This document shows positions 53,579 through 64,000 of a stretch of 64,000 bases of DNA, piece after piece. The notes below the pieces were generated by a model. The model ran no database searches and was not told the DNA's origin. It saw only the letters and a list, made by a program, of their open reading frames with translations. Every line of letters starts with the position of its first letter. The stretch's first letter is position 1. Source of the stretch: Octopus sinensis (lineage: Eukaryota). The translations under genes and the position numbers were made by a program. The stretch covers positions 103,230,001 through 103,294,000 of the forward strand of contig NC_043002.1 of NCBI RefSeq assembly GCF_006345805.1. The letters run 5' to 3'.

Positions 53579-54828
53579 CTGCGTGTGAGCATGTGCGTGT
53601 ATATGCGTGAAGTACGTGATAATATAGAAAAAAATATACGTCACTCGCTGCCATTGTATAGAAACCAGTTAAGAATATCATCATCTGCTTGCCAATTCCA
53701 TTCACAGATAAGGCCTTTTACCAGAGTGTGTCGACATAACAGCAACGCACTTACCTTAAGTGGCTCCAAAGATAAAATCCAATGCGCAATAAACATCAGA
53801 AACGAACGGAGCCTTTACAAAGAATGTGAATGCAAACCACAATGGTTCGCCCATTTTCACTCTCAATGCCCTCAAGGAGCTTATAGGACATTTTTTTTCT
53901 ACCTTTGACGCCCACTAATATTTCCAAATGCCACAGAATACAGAAAATATTTAACAGAAAATATGTCAAACCAAGTTACCAGTATATATCTAAAGTGTAT
54001 GGCATTTAGCATATGTCGATAAAATTTTATATCGTTTTAGTTTTCTTTCATGCAAAAATTCTTAAATTCTCCGCTAGAAAGTCTATTTTATACTATTCAC
54101 CAGAAACGTATTTTGTTTCTCAATGTAGGTAGTGAAAAGCGTAGATATCTTCACTGAGGTTTACTGAGAAACGTATCAAATGCTGATTCTGCAAACAGAT
54201 CAACTTCTAGTGAAACATGAACAGCAACGTAGAGTCCTGTGTGTCCAGATATATATGATTCCTGGCTCACGAAATGAATGGAATGTATACTTGCGTGTTA
54301 CAGAAAGCGCCAAAGCGTAAGTGCACAACAGCAACAGCAACTTTGAGACAGCTAAGACGTTAGGCACGTAAGTTTAGTTCTCTAGTAACTCTGAAAGGAA
54401 AACAATAAAATTATCTATTCATTAAATATTTAAACAATTAAAATAAAATATCATTCCATGGATGTACAACTATTTTCCCAACACACATAGCCCTCATCAA
54501 ATAATCCGTCTCACGTTTTTCAGTACTCACAGACCTTATATTCGTACTATACACGACAATAACCATACCTACTATCCTGTGTTATGTATATGACATTTCT
54601 GTCCTAATTCTACGACTTCAAAGCTACTGAGTACTTCCTAGATCGATAGCCGATTTCCGATTGCAGAGTCAAATATAATAGCCTCATGATTCTCTGAATC
54701 CATACATTATATTATCCCCATATACACACATACACACATCATGCACACACTCACATACATAAGACGTTGTAGATGTGAGTATATATATATATATATATGT
54801 ATGTATATGTGTACATATGTATATATAA

Positions 54829-54870
<42 letters not shown>

Positions 54871-56120
54871 TTATATATACATACGTACACACACACAGAC
54901 ACATGTATATATATATATGCGTGTGTGTGTGTGTGTTTTTGTACGCATTTACTTACACACACACACGCACACATATATATATATATACATATACGCATTT
55001 ACAAATATAAATACATTTATATTTAGACAAACACACGAATACACATTTGCACACACGGATACACATTTACACATACGCATACACACACTCCTCCCCCATA
55101 CATATAGATAATGATAATAAATATTCTGCACTAAAGTGTACGTTAGAGCGTGTAAAGCTTTTCATTTACCTGTAGATGTTTCCCAACAACTGAATTCATT
55201 GAAAAACAAAAATAATATAATCGCAGATAGTTATAGCTATAAACTATAGCACTGATATGAGCGATTAAAAGAGTGAAAGTGTTGCCCCAGTATGACCAAA
55301 CTGTAATACTGACCGTAGTATAGAACAAAAAAACATATAATGGAACTAGTGATTATGTGTTCAATATAGTCATCTATATATTGTGTTGCACAATCTTAAG
55401 ATTGAGTATTTTCTCTGATGCTTCTGTTCGACGTATATTACGATGTTGGTGATTATTGTTTACGTCCTCTAACTATAAAATGTTACGTTAGTGACTTTAC
55501 ATTATAACTGTCAGTGAAGGTTACCATTTAACATGGAATATGTCACTTTATAATAATATGCATTTCCACAATAGTCCAATTCCAATTTTCCGTACCTCTT
55601 AGGTATTGCTGCGACTAAGAACATTTATATCAACTTTCACCTATATAACTTCAGTTTCACTTTCACTTTCACTTTCTCAATATCATATATAATACAACCG
55701 AACCTTACACTTAACATTTACGTTATTATTTCTTCTTGTACGGAAGTATTCTATACAAGTACTCTAACTGTAAGAATTAAACTGCTTACCGTTGTGAAAT
55801 CGTGGCAAGTATCCAACGTTAGATTTGGCTAGATAATAGTAATCTGCGCCGTATACCTATTGTGCTAGATATCTTTTTTTTATCTTTATTGTTCTGATAT
55901 ATCTCTCATTGATAGTTTTTGTTTTTTGTGTGTGGGGGAATCAGAGAGACTTTGATATCTTTAGAAGTTTCGTTAGAGAAAAATAATCGCACGTGTAATA
56001 TTTTGTAATATTTCTTCATGTTGGAGAATATGCAGATAGAAGTAGATTTTGAACCAAATATATTGGTAGTTGACACATACTACACACACACGTACAAATA
56101 TACTCACACATTAATATTAC

Positions 56121-56394
56121 ACTTTTGTATGCTGCTGCTAGACAGTTGTTTACCATTCAAAGGTTGTATGATGATAGAAGGACCTCTAGGGAGAGCTAAA
56201 CAGTAGGACTGGCTCCCTCCATGCCACTCACTTGGACAAAGACAAGCTAGATATTTCTGTGATACATGCGTCATTTCAAACAGAAGTAATTTTATTGCTT
56301 CTGCTAAGATGCGGTGTTAAGTTGAATTTGGTGTGCGATTTTTATTATATCGTTTGTATTCAATTAAGTTGTTCGCGATGAAAGCTATGAATAA
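56121..56394. repeat. Inverted partner of 49339-49629
   Basis: See 49339-49629. Confidence 0.9.
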
Positions 56395-59076
56395 ATGAGT
56401 TATTATGTTCAAATATACACAGAGTGTTGCGTTAAATATTCGTATAGTTTTTGATAATTGTTTTAATTTAGGCACAATGCCAGCAATTTTATCAAAGGGA
56501 TATAATCTTTAAAATTGACACCAGCACATAATTAGAACTTCATTTTATCAACCTCAGAGGACTGATAACAAAAAAAACTAGCGTCTGACGGAAATGAATT
56601 TATAAAGCAAATTTTTGATACTCCAATGATCCTGCCAGCTGCCGGTTTAAAATCTTTCCCATACTCCTATGACATGATCACTTATACATTTCGTCACATC
56701 TGCTCACATTGGCGCAGTATAACTTTCTCAGTAGTCAAATTGTATGATTGACTCTAAACTCAATCAAAGATATATGTAAATGTTTCAATGTTTTTGGGAC
56801 GGTAAATCGCGCTTCAATTGCTCCAATTTCCTCAAACGATTTCTGATCTAGAGAGTCTCCATTTCAGTAAGATCTTCAATGCTGATATCATTTCATATGA
56901 TATAGCCATAAAGTTGCATAGATCAAAAAGACTGCCAAATTAAAATTCGAAGAATCCGTGTCAGGGAGGAAAATACATCAAAGCTAAACTTTCGGAAGTT
57001 TCATTCAAAGTATGCCTCGAAATACACTGGTGGCTTCAGGAATGAACTTTAGCATGTCTAGAGCGAGATAAACAATGTGGAATCCAAATGACGAGTAATT
57101 TATTTGCATCATAATGGACTTCATTTTGTAATGTAGGGGACGGCTGCTGAATAAAAAATGCGAAGGGCACAACATAAATGATCTTATGATTCTTAGATGA
57201 AGCATACCTCTGTGCTAAACATACCACTCAATCCTTTCTTCTTAGCATCGGTTATTGAATATTAATCTCTCTCCCAACAGAAATGTTCATTTACCTTTCT
57301 TTAAATTTGACACATAGTCGTCACTCGTTAGTAAATAGCTCCGACTATAGCGTCCCCTTTTACATTTACTCATTGATAATAACACGACAGTAAAATCTGT
57401 TCTATTGAAAACAGTTAACGAGGAAGACTTTTGGTGTAACCCAACTCATTAGAAATAACAGCTCAGTTTTCAAATCCTTAATGAACATCTTCATAAATAA
57501 AATATGACTCACTGGAAAATGTACACTGACATAAAAAATATATGACTTTGATTAGAATTCTTATGACCTAACAATTTATAGTTTCACATAATTGATATGA
57601 TTCAGCTGGATTCCAGCATCCAGCAACGTATTGAACAATAATATCAGAATTGAATTGAATGTGTTCATAAGTCGCGGTGTGTACCTTAATGAATGGAAAA
57701 TTTTGTATATAGGCATGAATGAGTATGAAAATAGGATCCAACGATGGTACATAAATCAAAGTCATCAGTATGTTGCTTCGAGATTAACAGAAATAAAAAC
57801 TTCCTAATATGTCGACGCGTAGCTTCGGTTAACTATAATCAATCCTCACAACACTGCCACTCAAGAATTTCAAAGTCAAGAAGGATGGTTTACTTCTACA
57901 GGACACTCATTTTCTGAAGCTAAAGTCTGGAATGGTTTGTTTCAAAAGAGAATCTTTGTGTTTCTTTCTATAGAAAATAATTCCTAATTGCGATGTGCAC
58001 TAAGCGATTTTGAGTTTTCAGCATCTAATTCTAACCTTTTTTCCTAATATCTTTAGAAACCAGTTATAACCGACCGAAAAGAATTCTATCGGTCGTTTCG
58101 GAAGAATTTTTCTCACCCGAAGTTCCGCTTCTTCGTGTTTAGAATTTTAGCTTCTTTCATAAAAATTGAAACCGTAAATTCAAAGAGGACGAAATATATA
58201 TCGTTTGGTTTTAGGTTAACACAAATACATGGCTCTTGATTGCCTTCGGCAGAATTCTCCTTTTTGAAAGCACTTGGCAAGGTCACCTGCTTGAAGATAA
58301 CTTATTCATTCCTTACTACCAGTCACAGAGATTCTGAAAATGGAATTCTTTCTTCTGACTAAGCAATTAAAGAAAGAAAAATACCAATTCACAATTTCTT
58401 TAACTCAATCAGAGTGATTCGAAATGTAAAGAGTAGAGACCATGATAAAATAAATAAATAATAATGTTTCTTTCCACGAATTTAAATTCCCCTCAAGACG
58501 AAAATAGCTGTAGGAGAAATATATAAAAACATAGTTCATTAAACGGGACAAGGGAATCGATTAGTCGTTAAGACTGGTTCTCTATAAATATTCCTGTTCA
58601 GAACATTATCAGCTACTTATTTCTGAATGGCTGACTTACACGAAAATGATGGCGGCGGCTGGCTGAATACGACACTGAATTAATGAGCTGCACACACAAC
58701 ATCCATATCAGAATACACTTAATGAGCCATGACCGTTAGCTGAATACTGTTGTCGCTACAGGTTTAGCCGCTTCCTAGATTAGTTAAATAGTTTAATACT
58801 AACTAAGTTTCTTATTTTAGGTGTTTGCATATATATTCCAACGTTCTTGAATAATTCATTGCATTTTGGCGTTTCAAAGAGAAGTGAGGTAATGACAAAT
58901 TCCTTCGAAATAAGGAAATTATTTAAATATATCTGCGTTCGCTGAAAGGAGAAATTTTATCATAATTGAAATCAAAGATTGCAAAATGTAATCTAAGAGA
59001 CCACTGAACACTATTATAAATTCATATACAAACACACATATATACCTATATGCTATATGCTTACGAATGTATATGC

Positions 59077-59110
<34 letters not shown>

Positions 59111-59319
59111 GGGAGCGTGTGCGCATGCGTGTGTGTTTCTGTGTCTCCGTATGCGACCATGTACAGATATAGACATATACCTATCGGTCCGTGTACACAC
59201 ACACACACGCATATATATATATATGTATTTATGTATGTATGTATGTATATCTGTGTGTGTGTGTGTGTGTGGTGTGTGTGTGTGTGTGTTGTGTGTGTGT
59301 CTGTGTGTGTTTGTGTGCA

Positions 59320-59640
59320 TAGGGTGCGGTGAATAAATTGTCGTCTAAATTACGCAAAATTGAAAATAACACTGACACCTTATTTTAACAGATACATTTA
59401 CCAAAACTACAGCAAAAGACATTTTTGAAATACTAGTGATTAAATTTAATCAATAACATTGCCATTCGTTTCAGCCACAAACTCTAGACGACTTCAGAAT
59501 CTCCTGAAACGCTTCTGGACAGTCTCATAGTTTAGGTTGGTGAATGCTGTCATAATCCTAGCCTTCAGGTCATTTTGGTGTTTCAAGGAGTTTTGTTGGT
59601 CACTCGCACATGATAATAATCTTGTGTCATTTGCTGTTAT
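59320..59640 (-). mobile_element. Tc1/mariner-superfamily transposon 3' end
   Basis: Minus ...NSLKHQNDLKARIMTAFTNLNYETVQKRFRRF*SRLEFVAETNGNVID resembles Tc1/maT transposase C-termini (LK..I......N...V..AC.RFR.RLE.VI...G..IE). The terminus is TAGGGTGCGGTGAATAAATTGTCG. Confidence 0.65.
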
Positions 59641-60910
59641 AGCATATGGTTTAGAAAGGAAGGGGTGAAGCCGAATGATAGAAGATCTACAGTGAAAAAA
59701 GATCCAACAGTCTCTCAATTCTGGGTGAGTATGTGTGTGTGTAAATATGGTTATAGCTGGAGGAGTGGGTTCATATACGTAATGTGGTGAGCTGAAAAAT
59801 ATAGATCACCTGAGCATACAAAAAATGTTTGTTGAATAAAATTCCAATTATGATGATTGATCTATATAACATTAGACAAACATGTGCGTTATCTAATATA
59901 CCTTGTTCATGTTCAAAAGAGTCGTATTATGAATCCAGGGAAATTGGAACCCTATTTGTAATATCAGAACAACCTCTATGTAATGAAGAATATTTGGCTT
60001 GGAAGCACATTTATGTCATGCCGCAATATTGACGTTGATAAAACCGATCGTTCATCGATCTACGAAGACTGATAATTGATGAGCAATATCATTCAACTGA
60101 TGGTTTTTAGGACCAACGATGGTGACATGCAAAAACAGTAGCTACATAATAAAAGAATGACCGAAAAGAGATTAATGGAATCAAAATTCTTGTAGATGAA
60201 GTCTGACATGAAACAAAACTGAAAATTTGTAGCCTAATATACGAAGTATTCAGCACATTTTCCTCGATTTTGGTTACATTAGTAATTAATCACTATTAAT
60301 TAATTATTCGTTTTAATTTCACCCAATTATTCTTATTATCGATTTCAAAATTGTATTGATCATGAAGGGAGACATTTCAAAGAGTGTGATTAATTAAAAA
60401 AAAAAGTCAGGTCTCACTTAACTAAAACTATGGTGTCATTGCTCTTTTAACATTTCGACTGTATTAACATGACTATTTTAATTATAAAGATTGAGGTTAA
60501 CTTTTATTTTTCGGGTGGCTATAAATGTTTACCAAAATCGCATAAATTTTTCTGAAATTCGTCTATTTATCGAGCCAATAAGCAAAGCCTTTATTATCGT
60601 CAACTACTTGGATGAAATAGCAATGAATTTTCCTTCATATCTCAAGTGGCATTTTGAAAATTTGAGAAGAACACATTGAATAATTACGTCTTAAATATAC
60701 ATTAGGAAGGAATGCAGTCGCATTTTTAATCATTTTTCTCCTTAGAAATAGATGGCATGGCAGGAAGCAACAACACAAAATTCATTCATTATTTTAGTCT
60801 TATATGTAGTTTCCTTGTTTCATAGCTTTGGTCATAGATTTCGGCATTGTATGAGGATGAAGTGTCACCTTCCCTGCTACGATGATTCAATATGAAAATC
60901 GTATTTCATA

Positions 60911-60958
60911 CTGGCAATCTGATGAAAATGCAGTGAGTTGCATTTGAAGAATTGCCAG
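60911..60958 (+). other. Structured hairpin with hammerhead-like or kink-turn-like internal loop
   Basis: CTGGCAAT-CTGATGA-AAATGCA gtgagt TGCATTT-GAAGA-ATTGCCAG has perfect 8-bp and 7-bp helices. Confidence 0.5.
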
Positions 60959-61632
60959 AATCACAGACGAAATGCTTTACCATAATGCACAATTAGGGCT
61001 TTAGTTCTAATTCCACTGAAATCGATTTTGCAATTCATTCTTCCAGATTTGAAAAAATAACTATTAATCAACTCCCAGGAACGATTAATCTGCTATTTCT
61101 TGGCCCAAAAGTTTTATGGTTGTCTTTAAGTAACCAATGTATTATAGAATTGTACCTGCACTCCTGGAATGCTTGAAACATCGACGAAAACTTCCTCAAA
61201 CCGTATTTCTGGCACATTAGACAGTAGTGTCACATAGACAATACTAGTGAAAAAAATGTCTGGAAATTTGATTGGATGAGAACAATTTGTAGAAAGAATA
61301 GCAAGGTTACAAAGATCCCTTGTTGATTCCAGTTTATATAAATTTGCGTCAGTAACAGTTGATATATTTTCACAACACACAAGAGAGATAATCCAATCAG
61401 GAAGACCACGGGGGAACATTTGCCTAATGGCATAATCGTGTCCTAGAAAGAGTAGCTTCATGAACCGCAATCACAGTATACTGCTTAAGAATAAAACAAT
61501 TTAAGGATACATTAAGTAATACAACGAATATAAGGCTATGTACACAAACAAGACGTGAATTGAAAAACACACGTAGGTTCACCAACTAAATATCTCACAT
61601 CACGGCTGGTGAATCAATCGAGATTATAATCG

Positions 61633-61688
61633 AAGAAGAAGAAGAAGATGAAGAAGAAGAAGAATGAGGAGAAGAAGAAGAAGAAGAA

Positions 61689-61720
<32 letters not shown>

Positions 61721-61850
61721 AGAAGAGGAAGAAGAAGAGGAAGAAGAAGAAGGAGGAGGAGAAGGAGAGGAAGAAAAAGAAGAAGAAGAACAAAAAAGAA
61801 GAACAAGAAGAAGAATGAGGAGGAGAAGAAGAAGAACAAGAAGAAGAAAA
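61633..61850. repeat. (GAA)n/(GGA)n microsatellite
   Basis: Directly visible. Confidence 0.97.
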
Positions 61851-61861
61851 GTATATCTATA

Positions 61862-62250
61862 AGCAGGAGTGACTGTGTTGTAAGTAGCTTGTTTACCAAA
61901 CGAATAGTTCCGGGTTCAGTCCCACATCGTAGCACCTTGGGCAAGTGTTTTCTACTATAGCCTCGTGTCGACCAAAACGTGAGGAATTGATTTGGTAGGC
62001 GTAAACTGAAGGTAGTCCGTCGCATATATATAGGTGTGTGTGTGTGCTTGTGTGTCTGTGTTTGTCTCCCCAACATCACTTGACACCCGATGCTGGAGTA
62101 TTCACATCCCCGTAAAATAGCGGTTCGGCAAAAGGGTCGTTAGAATAAGTACTAGGCTTACAAAGAATAAGTCCTGGGTTTGATTTGCTTGTCTAAAGGC
62201 GGTGCTCCAGCATGACCGTTGTCAAATTACTGAAACAAGTAAAGAAAAAG
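61862..62250 (+). mobile_element. tRNA-derived SINE (family D), near complete
   Basis: GCAGGAGTGACTGTGTTGTAAG...GGGTTCAGTCCC head, a CACCTTGGGCAAGTG core-like motif, an internal (TG)n, and a tail ending GAAACAAGTAAAGA. Confidence 0.8.
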
Positions 62251-62326
62251 AATATGATCTATGGGAGATATTTGTGTTATTTGTTGTTGTCGTTTGCGTG
62301 TAAGAGATGTTTCTCATTCTGTTTAG

Positions 62327-62460
62327 GTGAAGGCACTCTTGTAAGTCTTGAAATTGATACGGGGAAGGTGGCTTTGAACCTCACCCAAATTGTTCAGGTT
62401 TCATATTTTGAAGATGGAAACCTATTTGGCAGTGGAACAGTGCCAAAAACAGATGGATGA
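62327..62460 (+). CDS. Candidate terminal coding exon of an unidentified gene
   Basis: Strong acceptor TTTCTCATTCTGTTTAG, then an open non-repetitive frame GEGTLVSLEIDTGKVALNLTQIVQVSYFEDGNLFGSGTVPKTDG*. No family recognised; an internal GTAAGT donor offers an alternative reading. Confidence 0.25.
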
Positions 62461-62689
62461 TCAGGCTCTACTCCCTTCCAGTGATTCTACAAACACACAC
62501 ACACACTTAGTATGTATGTATAATGCATGTATATATACATATAAATATATGTGTGTGCGTAAAGGGATGTCTCTACACAGGTGTATGTAAGCATGTACAG
62601 ACAGGTAGATATATACATACATAGATAGATAGGTAGCTAGGTAGCTAGGTAGCTTGTTAGATAGATAGACAGATAAATAGATTACTTTC

Positions 62690-64000
62690 TTTATTGGCCA
62701 CACAGGGCTGAACACAGAGGGGATAAATACAAAAGTAGAACTGTTCGAAAATGAAAAAGGAAATGAGAAAAAAAGACGAAAACAGTAAAATTCCGATCAA
62801 AAGGACTAGGGGGGGAAAAAGGCGATCAATAGGGATCGTGTATCACAGAAAAAAAATTTTAATCTAAGAAGCAAGATTAGGCTTATCCGTGGAAAGAAAA
62901 GCTTACGGAAAAGACCACGGTAACCTCAGGCAGGAAGGGAATAAACACATAAGAGCAAAGTGCTCTCTCTCTCTCTCTCTCTCTCTCTCGCTTTTTACGA
63001 TTTACAGATCATGCTCAAAGTGGTTTCTTTGCTCGTACGCACCATCTTTGCTATATCCCCCCCCACCTTTTTTTGAAACTCTCAAGAAACAAATTCTCCC
63101 GCTCCCTTCTCACCTTTCTTTTCAAGTGGTACTTGAAAATGTTGAGCGATTGGCCAGAGAGGTAAGTGTTTGTCTCTAAACCTTTCGCTCGAGTCCACCA
63201 CACACATTTTTTCACCATGACCACCAGTACGATGAAGACTGCCATGCCTTCCCGGTTGAGGGAAGGTGGCGGAGCAATTGCCACGATAGGCTCGACGACA
63301 GGCGGACTCATTCCACACCAGCCGATCCCCATAAGCCCACAGGTCCGAAATGGTTAGACACTGCACGCGTGCATGCAGAACGGTTTCGTCGCTTTGACCG
63401 CATCTCGGGCAAGTCGGTCCGGTGTGTCTCGAACCGTGCCTGTAGAGCTTATGCTGAACAGGCAAAGCTTCTCGATAGCACTGCCAGGCCAGTGATGTTT
63501 GGTGATTGTCCATAGGTCGCGGCCCGACAGTTCTCCTGAACAGGCGGGTCAGGTCGACGCCCAAATTCTGTCCGAGAACGTCTTCTCACTTCTCCTCTAT
63601 CAATTTTCTATGCGTTGTTGAAAAGCCTCACACATCCTTTCAGGCCCGAGTAATTCGCGCCCCCGTTCATCTGTAAGTGACCTTATGGTGGCTTTATTAC
63701 CTTGTTGTGCCTCCGCCACTCGGGCCTCGCGGACGGCTCCAACTCCTTCGTTCCTCAGAGCAGGCATCCTAGCTCTGACAACGCATCCTTCGTGTTCGGC
63801 GTTGAAGTGTTGGTCGAGGTCCAACCTCGCCGCCAGTACGTTGGACGCGATGACAGTTCTAAGTGCCTCTACTAATTTCTTAACTAGGTCTCCCTCTGTT
63901 CTATTTCGGTCTAATGCTAGGGGTTTATTGTACCTAACCGATACTGCTTTAATTGCTTTTGATTGATCTTCTGTTGTTGATGATGGTATCCGTCAATGCT
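62690..64000 (-). mobile_element. Tx1/L1-clade LINE remnant lacking the RT domain
   Basis: The EN-RT linker-like segment (LDQHF.AEHEGCVVRAR...IRSLTDERGREL....MCEAFQQ) is joined at about 63590 to the C-terminal region with the zinc knuckle CPRCGQSDETVLHARVQC. A 3' UTR ending in AATAAA follows. Confidence 0.8.

Noticed and set aside
61126-61470. 114-aa and overlapping 67-aa hydrophobic minus-strand ORFs
   Set aside because: No recognisable domain and no consistent splice sites; the length is within chance expectation.

Overview
AT-rich eukaryotic DNA loaded with microsatellites. The SINE families and repeat content fit an octopod cephalopod best (inference). No host protein-coding gene can be identified with confidence, and most predicted ORFs are translated microsatellites. 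The window is a mosaic of retroelements: at least seven Penelope-like element (PLE) pieces (one near full length with RT and GIY-YIG), three R4/Dong-clade fragments, CR1, RTE and Tx1/L1 fragments, two Tc1/mariner remnants, a probable Helitron end, and several tRNA-derived SINE families, three copies with readable target-site duplications. Manual folding finds eight hammerhead-ribozyme (HHR) motifs at or near PLE ends, in very different architectures, plus one orphan HHR-like hairpin. The strongest lead is at 12155-12214. There all three hammerhead helices and both core motifs are present, but the strands run in a non-circularly permuted order, so the RNA would need a pseudoknotted or multimeric fold. 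All folds and translations were done by eye and need computational and biochemical confirmation.
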